Assembly: GCA_013265495.1 (NCBI GenBank) | Contig: MU057700.1 | Coordinates: forward strand, 496,001 to 560,000 | Direction of reading: 5' to 3' | Length of the DNA: 64,000 nucleotides | From: Vicugna vicugna | Lineage: Eukaryota | Notes under the pieces: generated by a model | The model's input: the letters and a program-made list of their open reading frames with translations, nothing else | The model's database searches: none | Told to the model about the DNA's origin: nothing | Translations under genes and position numbers: made by a program | Shown here: piece by piece, positions 37,530 to 50,700 of the stretch | Position numbering within the stretch: the first letter of the stretch is position 1 | Layout: each line of letters opens with the position of its first letter

Positions 37530-39400
37530 AAAGAAATGTAAAAGAGCCTGCTTCGCAAATTGCTATGGAAGTAAACATGAATATCTAGATGAAAAAATGA
37601 TTTTCTAGGAATCTGTAAGTGATCAAAATTACCACTGAAGACTAGAAAACATGAGCCTTAATAAATGCTACAAAATCGTTTAACACAATTCAACAGCCAT
37701 CAGCCTCGGAAAACAGGGAGCAGATGGGGATACATGCAAACACGCACCAACACAAAAGGCAACAGAATCACAGATATATGACCACTGAATGGGGTGAGGC
37801 CAGGGTACAGCCAATCAAGAGGGAGAAATGAGACACAGGGGAAGGGAAGGGGCAGAATAATCATTAATGCAGACATATGGCTGGCTGCCCAATAAACCCA
37901 AAAGAATCAGCTAAAAGTAGAATTCTGTAAAGTTGCTAACAAAAATAATATACACATATCAGGGGCTTTCCAATATATAAACAGCAATAAAATAAAGATG
38001 TTATGAAATAAACTATTTCACATACAAAAGCAATTCATTAAAGAAAAATATCTAGAAATAATTTTAACCCTAAATGTATAGGACATATGTGAAGAAAATG
38101 CTGAACTCTACTCAAAGACAAAAAAAGGCTTGTACTGGAACAGTAATGTCCTTTCCACAACAACTGCAATTAGGGTAGATTGATATTGTACAAGAAATTT
38201 ACAGAACAGCATCCAGAATTGAGTCAAAATAGATGGAAATTTAGTAGAAGACAGGGTGGCATTGTAGCAAGGGAGGCAACAACGGATCATGCAATAAATA
38301 AGGATGTGACAACAGATTAGCCTTTTGGGAAAAATAAAGCTACATTCTGGATAGAATAAAGTTAGTTAACTCTAACTCAGTACCAGATATAAAAGAAATT
38401 TCAATATAAAACATAAAACCATATAATTACAAAACATAAGCATGAGTTAAAAAATAATAAAGAGGGGAGTGTATAGCTTAGGGGTAGAATGTGTGCTTAG
38501 CAGGCATGAGGTCCTGGGTTCAATCCCCAGTACCTCCATTAAAATAATTAATAATGGCCTTTCTAAGCAATGCCAAACAAAATTGACTTTAAAATGATTG
38601 ATACATTAGTTTAAAATAATAATGTCAGAACTTTGGTATGATAAAATAAACAAACAAACGGGGGAAAATATTTACTACGCATAGGACAGCCAAGGGGTCC
38701 AATTTCCTAAGCGGACTGAGAGCACACACACACTGAATGGAAAAAGACTACCTAACAGAAACATGGGTAAGAGAATTCAAAAGCACTCATAAGTAAACAA
38801 ATGTCACTCATAAGTAAATGAATGCAAAATAGAATAAGATGCTCATTTCATTCAAAAGCACTGCTAATCTGTGTTGTTGAAAGATGCGTAAATTGATGCA
38901 GTGTTTTTTCAAAAGCAATTTGGTGAGAATCCTTTCAAAACTTATTTCTATGTATGCTTTGGCCCAAGTAGATTTTTTTGAAGGGCTGTACTGCCAGGAA
39001 ATTATCCTAAGAACACACTTGCAAAATTTGCCAAGTAAAATTTGTATGAGTAAGATGTCCTGGAGTGTCGTCCACCAGCCAATGGCTGGAAACAGCCTCA
39101 ATGTCCACCAGTGGGCAACTTGTTTAGCCATGAGACATGGATCCCCATGTGATCAGTCTACTACAAATCCTTAGAAAAGGAGCTACTTTTGTATCGTGAT
39201 TCAGAAGTATAGTCTGATGCTAATTGTGCATATGCTGAATATGCATAAACTCCTTTTTCTGAAAATATATACAATATATGGTTAACAGCAGTTACCCTAG
39301 GGGAGAGAGACCATTGGAAGGTGAAATTTTACTTTTAATTTTATGGACCACCACTTTTAATTTTAGGACCACTAGTTCAGTATTGTCTGAAATTTATCAC
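37530..39400 (+). mobile_element. Ancient highly decayed L1 (L1ME-like) ORF2/3' remnants
   Basis: A-rich, with L1 landmarks in order: ttaatgcagacatatgg..aataaacccaaaagaatcag, aatatctagaaataattttaac, tggaaacagcctcaatgtccaccagtggg. Confidence 0.65.
38464..38555 (+). mobile_element. tRNA-derived SINE, Vic-1-type (camelid)
   Basis: ggggagtgtatagcttaggggtagaatgtgtgcttagcaggcatgaggtcctgggttcaatccccagtacctccattaaaataat: tRNA-like A and B boxes plus an AT tail. Confidence 0.85.
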
Positions 39401-39867
39401 ATGCAGGTATAACTTTTAAGTCAAATCAAACCAAAGCAATAACAAAAACACAGACGAAGCAAAACAAAACGAAACAAAACAACAAAAAATCCATTATGTC
39501 AACAGAGGGTGCCAAAGGTATGGACTTATTTATCCTCATAAGGCTGTGAGTAATAAATCATTTCAAGAGCTTCCCGGCAGTCATGCTGGTCCAGAGATGG
39601 GAGTGATTATGCTCAGCAGTGAGCCCTGGCTCTAGGGTGCTGGGGGTACCCTGAGGGTGCTGGACCTTGACCAGGTTGTGGGTGTGAAGAATGACTCACC
39701 CTCGATCAGCTTGCTTCCTAGTGAGGGTTATGCTGCACCTTTCTCTGCAGAAAGTGCCTTGGAAGTTTAGTGGGATTGAATGTGCCAAAATCACAAGTGA
39801 CTAATCATTTGAATTAGTCACTTTAATTCAAATGATTGATAAAATACACATTAAGAAGTTAGTAAAC

Positions 39868-40394
39868 CTAAATGTCCATTGGCAGATGACTGGTTGAAGA
39901 AGTGGTGCTATATTTATACAATGAAATACTACTCAGCCATAAAAAGGAATAAAATAACACCATTTGCAGCAACACAGATGCACCCAGAGATTGTCAGTCT
40001 AAGTGAAGTTAGCCAGAAAAGAGAAAGAAAAATACCATATGATACCACTCATATGTGGAATAAAAAAAAAGACACAAATAAACTTATTTACAAAGCAGAA
40101 ACAGACTCTCAGACATGAGAAACAAACTTATGATTACTGAGGGGAAGAGGGCATGACGGGATAAATTGGGAGTTTGAGATTTGCAGATACTGACTACTAA
40201 ATATAAAATAGATAAACAACAAGTTTCTTCTGTACAGCACAGGGAACTATATTCAACATCTTGTAGTAACCTTTAATGAAAAAGAATATGAAAAGGAATA
40301 TATGTATGTATATGTATAACTGAAACATTATGCTGTACACCAGAAATTGACACAGGGTAAACTGACTATATTTCAATAATAATAATTTAAAAAA
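39868..40394 (+). mobile_element. 5'-truncated lineage-specific L1 3' end
   Basis: DDWLKKWCYIYTMKYYSAIKRNKITPFAAT remnant; 3' UTR as in the 21-kb copy; short A-rich tail. Confidence 0.95.
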
Positions 40395-40690
40395 GAATAG
40401 GCATCCTTGCATTACCCTGATCTTAGGGAGAATGTGTTCAATATTTCAAAGTTAGGTAACTTATTAGCTTGTAGGGCTTCCTTAGATACTCTTTATCATG
40501 TTGAGAAATTTGCTTCTAAGTCTGTATTTTTATAGTAAATGAGTAGTAAATTGTATCAAACACTTTTTCTATATCAAAGTGATCACATAATTATTCTCCT
40601 TTAATATTTTACTCTGATGATTTACATTGTTTGCATTTCATAAATTAAATCAATCTTGTATTCTTGAAATAGACCCCACTTGTTTGTGGG
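40395..40690 (-). mobile_element. Old L1 ORF2 fragment (antisense), possibly 3'-transduced cargo
   Basis: gaataggcatccttgcattaccctgatcttagggaga ... tcttgaaatagaccccacttg is antisense old L1 ORF2; followed by A10. Confidence 0.75.
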
Positions 40691-42725
40691 AAAAAAAAAA
40701 CAGTTAGCAAACATTACAATGCCTCATCCTTAATATGTCCTAACAGTCTCATGTCTCTGCATCTCCTGAACCTCAGCTGGACTTAGTGCTCCTGGTACCC
40801 CTTGGCAGGACCTTGCTCTTAACTGCATCCCAGGTAGGGTATGTAGGAGTTAAACTTGATGGTCTCTGATCCCCTGAGATGCCAGAGTCTCTGGGTCTAA
40901 GATTTGAGCTCAGTGAAAGAACCCATCCAGGCTGAGTATTGAGACACAGAGGGTGTTTGGGACACAGCCTTGGGCCTGGACCCCAAAAGAGGAGCCACAG
41001 GTCCTCTCTCTCATGCCCCCCCTCCGCAGGACTGGCTGGAGCCTGAGGCCAGCTGTGCACAGAGCCCCTCCTGTCCCCCACACTGCCCCCCATGACTATT
41101 TCCACCCTCTCCTCCAACTGGAGCAACACTGCTCAGAGCACAGAGCACTGCCGAGAAAGGAACGCTGTAACACAAGGACAGCGACCCACGTCGGGGCTGG
41201 GGTGCTTCCTGTGCCCTGTGGATGGTGTCCCAAGTCCTCTTCCCTCCCCAGGCACGCAGCACTGAGCCCGGTGCCTGATGTAAGGGTGCTCGTGGGGAGG
41301 AGGTCGGGGCGGTGGCAGCATGGCCCTGGTACCTCTTGAGGTGGGGGGTGGCCCCAGCCTGACTCCTGGGCGAGGCTGGGCTGAGCGGAAGCTGACATGG
41401 TAATGCTTTCGGGCCGCGCTGCAGAAGCGAGGTCTTCATTTGATTTGGGAGCGCCCCTCCCGGCCCAGGCCTCTGGTTTGGCTCCTATTGAATTAGTCAG
41501 CTACACAGAGCAGGAAGGAGCTGTTCACCTAATTGCACATGATGGATCTCTTCGTCTTGTTCAGATGCCAGACACAAGATAGATGCCCCCTCTTTGCATC
41601 TGAGCCCCAAGCTGGTGCTTTGGGGTCAGCAAGCGGCTGCTTCACACACCACCTCCCCCAGCGTCAGCTGAGGGGCTGGGCCCCGCGACGAGCGATCTGG
41701 GCAGGGGCTGCCGAGGACCGGAGGGCAGGTTCAGTCCCAGCAGCGGCTGGAGGGGGCGGGGTGACAACAAAGACGGGACCCGCGGGCGTGCCATTGACTA
41801 ACTCCGCGGGGTTAAGGGCTCCTTGTCTGGGTAATTGTCTCCCCTTTAATTACAGTGACTGAAAGTGCCTCCTAATTTACTTTAGGACCCTGAGATGACA
41901 TCTCAAGAAGGATCACATCCGCTCCCCAGCGCGGCGGGCCTTGGGAAGACAGCGCTGGCCTCCGTGCCCATTCAAAGCCCACCGCTTCTGCTCTCGGCCC
42001 CTGCTCTGCATCTGCTCTTTGCTCGTCCTCTTCACCCGCCCCATCCCGCACAATCTTGGTGACAACACAAGTGGGAAACAGAACAGAGACCTGGAAGGGA
42101 GATGGGCTCCCCGTCCCAGGCGACTCCAGCCCCTGCCACGGCCAGGAGCTCAGGGATCTGATCTCCGGAGCCCCTGCCCAGGTTGCGACGCTGGCCATCA
42201 CCTAGCAGCTTCTGTTCTGTCTTACGTGACAAGTTCTCTTTGTTGGGAACAAATTCTCTTGAGCCCTGGGAACGTTTGCCAGGCCCGGGGCAGGGAAGGA
42301 AACCATTTCAGAGGGACTTACCCAAGCAGCAGAGGAGGGGTCAGCACACAGCTCCGGATGTCAGGAGGAAGGAAAGCCCCTCATCCTCTGTTTCACAGGA
42401 AGGAAGGAGTCAGTGGCCACCTCACAGTTTAGGGCGTCCGGGAGTGCTGGGCATCGGCTACTGCGGGGTGATGCCACCATGGGCTGCGGGGTGGGGGCTC
42501 CTGTCAGTGGGTGTTTCTGGGCTTCTATACCACTGCCTTCCTCCCCCTGGGGAAACCCAGGGTCAGCTGGGCAAGTGCTAGCCATAGACAGGTGTTTTCA
42601 TAGCTGGCGCTGGATGCATCCAATACCTCCTGAGAAAATGGGAGCGCCCCCACCCCATAATACCCCGAAATGCATTCCAGATCAATTTAAATTCCAAAGT
42701 TAACCAAGACACCATAAAAAGCCAA

Positions 42726-42835
42726 ATGGTATGTGTAACTGAATCAGTTTGCTGTACACCTGAAGCTAACATTATAAACCAATTACACTTCAATGAAAAA
42801 TAAAATTTATTAAAAAAACCAAACCAAACCAAAAC
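42726..42835 (+). mobile_element. Very short L1 tail with 10-bp TSD
   Basis: gtaactgaatcagtttgctgtacacctgaagctaac...cttcaatgaaaaataaa. TSD aaaaagccaa at 42,716-42,725 and 42,836-42,845. Confidence 0.85.
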
Positions 42836-43714
42836 AAAAAGCCAAGTGATGAGCTTGGGGAAGGCCTTTTCAATCACAAAAGCACAGCAAAAATCATTTT
42901 TAAAAAAATGAAGGATTCAACTCACATCAAAATTAAAAATTAAAACAAAATGAACACACAAAACTCCCAGCAGAGTTCAAAGGCAAATAACATCGCCCTC
43001 GGGGGAAATGTTGTCACATGAAAGATAACCAAAGGATTGTTGTCTTATTGTATAAAAAGCTCTTATAATTCAATAAGGAGACGGTGAACCGGAGCTGGGA
43101 ACAAAAGCGGTCACATTATTGAGGAGGCAGGCAGGCCAGCGACGCGGAGCCTGGCTCACCCAGCAAGGTGGGATTTTTTTTTATTTTCTTGTGATCTGCT
43201 AATTTGGGTGTTGTTTTCTGTTTTGCCTCCTCAGGAATTGGGAAGAGCCCACTGGCAGCCACTATCTTAAGAGCTTAATGCCCTGCGTGGATCATGCTGG
43301 GTGTCCTGGGAGGTGTAGGCAGAGGGCAGTTGAGAAGCAGAAAGGGGACAGAGGCTTCGCAGAGCTTGGAAGTAAGGCAAGGGTCTGGGTGCGGCACCAG
43401 CAGGAGAATCCAGAGCCCTCCTCCTGCCTAAGGGAGGTGGGCTCTGCAGCTGGGGCAAGAGGGTCTCATGGCCAAGGTGGGGCAGGAGCAGCGAAGACTG
43501 CAAATCTGAAGGGTCTGTGCGGACGAGGACCTTGGGGCTCTCAGTGGTAATCAGCGCAGATGGGTCACCAAGAGACCCATCTGTAAGAGACCTCAGGACC
43601 TCAGGACCTGCCCCACAGGGCAGTTCCAAGCTTGGAGCACAAGTGGTTTTAAGAAAGAAAAAGATGAGATCTTTCTTCAAACCTGTGAATTATGCACTGA
43701 GAGTTACACATGAT

Positions 43715-44340
43715 TTACTAAAAGGAATGAAAATTCAAACAATAAGGTATAAGATTTCACTCATACTAAAGGCAAATGTAATATTTTAAAAATAATTGAA
43801 CATTTCACGTAGAATGTAGGGCATACTTCTGGGTGGGAGTGGACTTGGGCATAAATTTTCTACAGGGCGATTTTAAAAATGATCATGTCCTTTGACACAA
43901 GAATTTTCCTTCTAGGAATTTATCTTAAGGAAACAATCAGCGACACACCCAAAGATTTATGCATGGATTTGTTCACAAAACTCAACTTATAATGGCAAAA
44001 ATTAGAAACAAATTTAAGTATACACTAACTGGGAAGTTATGGTATATATCCTTGTATGTTAAAGTCATATGTTAGAAAAAATTTAATAACACAAAGATAT
44101 ACTTGAGATATTGCCAAGTGAAAGAGAAACTGTTCAAAATACATATGCACTTTATTTAAAAAAAAGTTTGTATCAAAAATGCCTGGAGGCTGTTCCCTGA
44201 GGTAAGCAGAGGTCAAGGAGTGACCGAAGGGGCAAAGTTTTAAAATACTTTGTTTTCTCTATAGGCTTTGATATTTTCTGAATTTTCTCTAATGAGAATG
44301 GAATTATTTCATAATGTAAAATAAATGTTATTTTAAGTTA
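43715..44340 (+). mobile_element. Ancient L1ME 3' remnant
   Basis: aatgaaaattcaaacaataaggtataagatttcac, tttgacacaagaattttccttctaggaatttatcttaaggaaacaatc. Confidence 0.7.
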
Positions 44341-44599
44341 ATCATGGAAACAAACTATTGCAGCAGGAAGTTTTGCTGAGGATCTGCTCAGTGCAAGAAC
44401 CATGATCTGAGACAAGAAACCTCAGTCTTCCTGGAAGTCTATCACAACAGGCATATGATCCCTATCTTCTGATGAGGAAACCCTGAGAGCTGAAATAACC
44501 AAGCCAAGGACCAGGCTGAGAGGCGACAGAGTTGGGCTTCCCTTAACCAGTTCCCTCTGTCTTTTCTGTACTGCAGGCCTTGGTTAACCTTTCATTGGC

Positions 44600-47500
44600 A
44601 AATGGGATTATCTGAAGCTCACAACTGTACAGTGCTAAATGCTTACATTAGAGAAGAGGGGAAGAAGAAAGAAAGAGAAAAAGAAAGGAAGAGAGAAAAT
44701 AAAAGAGGGGAAGTCTCAAGTGGATATAATCTAAATAACTGTGCCAAGAAATATTAAAAAAAAAAGAGTAAAATAACCCAGAGCAAGCAGGATGAAGGAA
44801 ACAGTAAAGATAAGGGCAAAATTCAATGAAACTGACAACTGGAAAATAAGAGAGAAAAACAATGAAACGAAACTCTAGTTCTTGGGGGGAAAAATAAACC
44901 TTGGGCAAGATTGTCAAAGATAAAATAGAAAAGACACAAATCACTAATACCAAGAATGAAACACATATCATTACACACCCTTCAGGGGATACTACAAACA
45001 ATTTGCATTTGTAACCTTGACAAATAGAAGAAATGGACCAATTCCTCAAAAACCACAAGCTACCAAACCTCAGCCAATATGAGATACACATCCTGAGTAG
45101 GCTTATAATAGTTTTTAAAAGTCAATTTGAAATTTAAAAGAAATCTCCAGGCCTAGATGGTTTTATTGGAAAAGTCTGCCACACATTTATGAAGAATTAA
45201 TGCCAATTTTACACAATCTTTTCCAGAAAACAGAAGAGGAGGATATATTTCCCAACTCATTTTATGAGGCTAGTATTAGCCTGCTACCAAAACCAGACAA
45301 AGACAGTGCACAAAAGGAGAGCTACAAGCCAATATCTCTCATGAATTTCAACATAAAAGTCCTCAACAAAATATTAGCAAATCAAATTCAGCAACCTAAC
45401 AAAGGAAATATACACCATGACCATTTGGGACTTATTCCAGATATGCAAGTCTGGTTCTCAGAAAAAGCATTTGAGAAAATCCAACAATTATTCATGAGAA
45501 CAACTCTCAGCAAACAAGGAATAGAGGGTATTTCTTCAACCTCACAAGGATTATCTACAAAAAAAAAAAAAAAAAAAAAACAAACCCAAAAAACTCTATA
45601 GCTAACTTCATACTTAATGATGAAAAACTGTTTTCCTTCCTAGATTGAGAATAAGGCTGGGATGTCTGTTCTCACTTCTCTCACTCAAAATAGTACTGAA
45701 GTTCTACTCAATGCATTAAAGAAATGGAAGGAAGGAAGGAAGGGAGAGAAGGAAGGAAGAGGGGGCATGTAGATCGGAAAGAAAGAAATTAACTCTCTTT
45801 ATTTGCAGATAACGGATAGTCTGAATAGAAAATCCCAAGGACTCTACATAAAACTCTTAGAACTAATAAGTGTGTTCAGCAAAGTTGTCGTATACACGAT
45901 CAGCACTCAAAAAATCAATCTCATTTCTATGCACCAATGAACCAATTAAAAACAAGATCATTTATAATCACCCCCAAAAGTAATGATATACTTAGGTGTA
46001 AACTTAACAAAAAACATATATAGGACTCAGCATAATAACAAGATCAGTTCTTCCCAAATTGATCTACAGGTTGATCAAATGCTAGCAAGATTTTTTTGTA
46101 GACACAGACAAGCCTATTGTAAAAAGGCACAGGCCCTAGAACAGCAGAAGCCATCTCAAAAAGGAAGAATAAAATGTGAGGGATCACTCTTCCCGATATT
46201 AAGGCTTATTAATCAAGAAAGTGTGGTATCAACAGAGAAACAGGCATGTCATAGATTAGTAACACCCAGAAATAGACACATCCAAATGTGTCTAGCTGAT
46301 CTTTGACAAATACAAAAGCAATACAGGGGAGTAAGGATGGCTTTTTCACAAATGGTGCTGGAGCAGATGACATGAAGGCAAAAATAAGAAATCTTGATCT
46401 AAATCTTACAATTTATATGAAAATTAACTTAAAATGGAACATGGAGGTAAATGTAAAACTATAAACTTTTTGGGAAAAAAAAGCTAAAAACTTTTGAATC
46501 CAGGACTAGCCAGAGTTCTTAGATTTGACGTCAAAAGAATTGAACTCCCTCTAAATTAAAATCTTTCGCTCTGTGAACGATCCTGTTAAATGCATGAAAA
46601 GACAAACTATAGACTGGGTGAAGGTATTTGTAAACTACATCTCTGGCAAAGGCTTTTAGTCTCTAGAATAAATAGAGAACTCTCAAAACTCAGTAGTAAA
46701 AAAACCCCAAATAATCCAATTAGAAAATGGGCAAAGGACATGGGCAGACTTCTCCCATAAGAATCTACACAGATGGGAAATAAACCTATGAAAACATGTT
46801 CATCATCATTAGCCATTAGGGAAATGTAAATTAAAACCACAATGAGATGTCACTGTATATCCATCAAAATGGTTAAAATAAAAAATAATGACAACATCAA
46901 ATGCTGGTGAGGATGTGGAGAAACTGGATCATGTGTCTATTGCTAGTGGGCATGGAAAATGGTACAGTCCCTCCAGAAAAGTTTGTCAGTTTCTTATAAA
47001 TAAACATTCAATTACCATATGACCCAGCAACTGCACTCTTGGGCATTTATCTCCGAGAAATTAAGACATATTCACAGAAAAATCTGTACGTAAAAGTTTA
47101 TAGCAGCTTTTTCGTAATAACCAAAAACTAGGAACAACTCAGTTGCCCTTCAATTGGTTATTGGCTAAACAAATTGCAGTATATCCACACCATGGAGTAC
47201 TGTTAGTACTTTTAATTTCTGTTAAGAAGGAATCAACTATTGATACACATAACAACTTGGATGGCTCTCCAGGGGCTGAGCGGAAAAAACATGCCAAAAG
47301 GTTCATAATATAATAATTCCATTCATACAACCTTTGTAAAATGAAAACTTGTAAAAATGGAGAACAGATTTGTGGTTGCCAGGGGTTGAGAAAAGCTGAC
47401 GGTAGGAGGGAAGTGGGGTGGTTATAAAAGACAGCAGGAGAGATCCTGGTGGGGATGGAAATGTTCTGTCTCTGTCTGAATCCTGCTTTGGATATTGTGC

Positions 47501-47624
47501 TACAGTTTTGCAAGACATTACCACTCTGGGAAATGGCACAGGGGACAGGAGATCTCTCTGTATCATTTCTTACAGCTGCATGAGAACCTGCAATTATCTC
47601 AACATAGAAAGTTAAAAAAAAAAA
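44600..47624 (+). mobile_element. L1MC-like LINE, about 3 kb, internally deleted ORF2 plus 3' UTR and poly-A
   Basis: ORF2 RT-region remnant ([34 protein letters not shown]...YKPISLMN). 3' end ggatctctctgtatcatttcttacagctgcatg..caattatctcaa followed by poly-A. Confidence 0.9.
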
Positions 47625-47799
47625 GGCTCAGAAAGGCGATACAACTTGTTGAAGTTTGAAACTAGTGTGCTGGTCGGGGGTCTGTCTTGCAGGAAGATCA
47701 GTCCTTTGTTGAAGGCCTGTGACACTTCAGCGCTGCCCTGGGGGCAGGCCCATCCCCAGCACCACGTGGAGGCATTCAACAGGAGGAGGTAGCAAGCCT

Positions 47800-48245
47800 T
47801 CAGAGCAGGCCTCTTGGCCTTCTTTAGGAATCTGGTGGAGACTCTGGGCCATTTCTCAGAATAATGCTTCTTAATGCATTAAGTAAAAAAGTCATATGTA
47901 TGTGATTACAGAGGAAGCCGAATAAATAGACAGTCATCACAATAGTTAAAAGCAGATCTGAGACATAGTAGTCCGTTGGCTTCTTTATCAACATGTTAAG
48001 CAGTGAGATCTGTGGGCAGGTCTAACAGTAACTGCTCTCTTTTTGAAGTACTTTTGGGCATAAGCAACCTTTTAAACATCCATAATGTTCTGTGAAAACA
48101 AGAGGTCCTTTGGTGCCAAGCCACCATTACTGCTTCTACTGTTTCAGTTTGTTGCCCAAATGCTGAACTTCCATTAGGTAGTCGTACCCCTAAGATGTAA
48201 CGTTCTCCTCTTTAAAGTTCAAGGGACTCCTGAATCCTGGAGCTT
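47800..48245 (+). mobile_element. MER119-like hAT-Charlie DNA transposon
   Basis: tctggtggagactctgggccatttctcagaataatgc..ttaatgcat, gattacagaggaagcc, gatctgtgggcaggtctaac, tttgttgccc, aagatgtaa..aagttcaagggactcctga follow the recalled MER119 consensus. Confidence 0.7.
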
Positions 48246-50509
48246 GAGCAGAAGGGCACCAGGGAGTGGCCATATCACAGTGGCCACCAATCATGTGTCT
48301 GTGGCTGGAGTCCCGGGAGGGTGTCCTCCTTGAGGACACGTGGGAGCAGACTCCCTCCGGAGCCCCAGAAGCTCACTCACAGCAGGGAAGGCCTGGCGCC
48401 AGGCCTCTGATCGGGCACCACCACTTGCCTTAATGAGTAGTTCAGCACCTCTGTTTCCTCACCCCTAAAATGAGGACAATGGCCAGGGTCTAATGCCAGG
48501 CTTTGGAAGTCCGGGTCAAAGAAGCTAAAAGACTCAACTGTAGTGAATAATATCAGTGCTGTTATTTTTAGTGCAATGTCTTGTTCAGTCTTCCTGACAA
48601 CCCCACTGAAGAGGCCTGTGGCCTCAATTAGCAGCCAGGAAGACCAGAAAACACAGATGTCCTATTATGGGCAGAGAGTGGAGGCCACCTGTGGCTGATG
48701 GCTAGGCATCCCCAGGGTGGGAGCTCACAGAGAGGCTGCCGCCAGAAGCATGGCCCGGCTGGTTAGGTGGCTGCTGAGCTGACCGTAGCAGTGGAGTAGC
48801 CCTCCTGTGGGACCTGAAAGCACCTCCTTTTGCATCCACGGGGGGCTAAGGCATTACCAAAACCTGAGGATTCTCCCTCATAGGGGTCCTGAGCACCCCT
48901 GTCCTTCTGGCCAGACAACTGTCCCAGCTATGAGGTGCTGCTCCAGGCCAGGTTGACTGACCCCACTAGGTCCCATGGTTCCAGATGCATCCCCCCAACT
49001 TCGGTCAGCTCTCCAGGCCAGCCTTCAACCCATCTTGCTCCTCGGTGTGCAAGAGCTCTTCAGGTGAACAGACAAGAGCCAGTGTGGGCTGAGGCCCCAC
49101 CCGGGTCCTGCCAGGCCCCGGCCCCCATGTCTCAGGACAGCCGTACCTAGGCCCAGGAGGCTGGGGCAGCGGGCCGCCTTGCCAAGCCTCGCAGGCCACA
49201 CAGGAATCTGACTTTTGCTCTGAAATAGGAGCCACGCAGGGACAGAGGAGGCCTATAAACTGGCTTCCATCCTAAGGGCCCCTCTGGTTGTGTGGTGTGG
49301 AGTTATGAGGATTGATGGTGCCCATGACCTTTGTGGGATGGGCCCTGGCAGGCAGCGAGTGCTCAGAGATGTTTGCTGTGGTGATCACTGCCCCTTCCCA
49401 TGTCCTGGTGGCCTTGGGCCCAGGGACGGCCGGGAAGGATGCCCAGAGGAAGAAGAACCCTTTCCTCCCAGTGGGTCCGGGCTAAGAGCGGGCTGGCCAT
49501 CCATGGAGCCCACAGTGGGCACCTCACCAGGAGGATCTCTGGGCCAGAGGCTGGAGCCCTGTGATGTCACTGCTCTCTCAGTCTCTGAGCCTGCGAGCCA
49601 GCACACCCGGCCACCTGCTGTCCCCAGGAAACCTCTGCTCGGGAATGATGCATCTGCCCAGCGCACCATCGGTGCTCCTCCCAGCCTCTCAGACCTCCCT
49701 CTTGGGGGTTTCTGGCACCCATCCTGATGCAGCAGCTGTAGTGGCCACCCCCTCATTCCATGTCCCTCCCACCCTCTCAGGCCCAGCCTGCCCCAGGAGA
49801 AAAGACACAGAGGCTCCGACACGTGAGTCCAGAGTGAGGAGTGGGGAGGGGAGGGCAGACAAGGGGGGAAGACTCCTGAACATTAGACTGGGGCTCACAG
49901 GGAGACACTGAACCCATGTGGAGATGCTGTCCATCAGCCAGCACTACACCAGGCTGGGAGCACAGGAGGCCGGGCTGTGGGAGGCCCTGGTTCAGGCCCT
50001 GGGCACACCCACTCCAGCTGGTGGGGTAGCAGCCAGGGTCTCCAGCCCAGTGCAGAGCGGGCTCTGATTTCAGGCTCCTGGGCTGGTCCAGTGCTGATTA
50101 ATAAATGAAGCCAACAGACGCTGGGTTTGGGCTCAGAGAAATGGCCTGAACTGGCCTCCTTCTCCCCCAGCTCCCACTGGCTGGGGTGGGATTCTGTGGC
50201 TAGGCTGATGCTGGTGGCTGAGCCACAGTGAGGCCCTGGCAGAGGGTAAAGGTGGTGACCTTCACAGGTGCCTGAGGAGCTAAAATTGTTGCAGAACGCT
50301 CCTCCCAGCCCTTTGTCCCCGGGAGCAGCAGCACTGGCCCCTTGGAGGAATAACGCCCAGCAGAGGGCCCTGTGGAGACTGGGCAGCATGCGGACATGAG
50401 TGCGGAACGGGCTTGTTAGGAGTCAGGAGGAGCCAGCCTGTGGGAGGCCTCAGATCTGGCTGTTTGGGGACATCTTGGAAACAGCGATGACATGGCATAA
50501 GCATCATCA

Positions 50510-50700
50510 TTATTGTCGCAAGTGCTAGCAGTCAGACACTCCACTAAACCATCATAGCATGGGGAACTAGACAAGGATAACTTCCTCTCATTACAGATGA
50601 GAAAACAGAGGCCCAGAGAGGGTCAGTGTCTGGCCCCAGGTCACACAGGAGCAAGTACAAGGCAGGACTCGGGCAGGGCCCTGTGAAACTCCAGACTCAG
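50510..50700 (-). mobile_element. MIR SINE
   Basis: cattacagatgagaaaacagaggcccagagagggtcagtgtctggccccaggtcacacag. Confidence 0.8.

Noticed and set aside
38464..38540. tRNA gene
   Set aside because: It has A and B boxes, but the stems are degenerate, an AT-rich tail follows and a second diverged copy is in the window, so it is a SINE.
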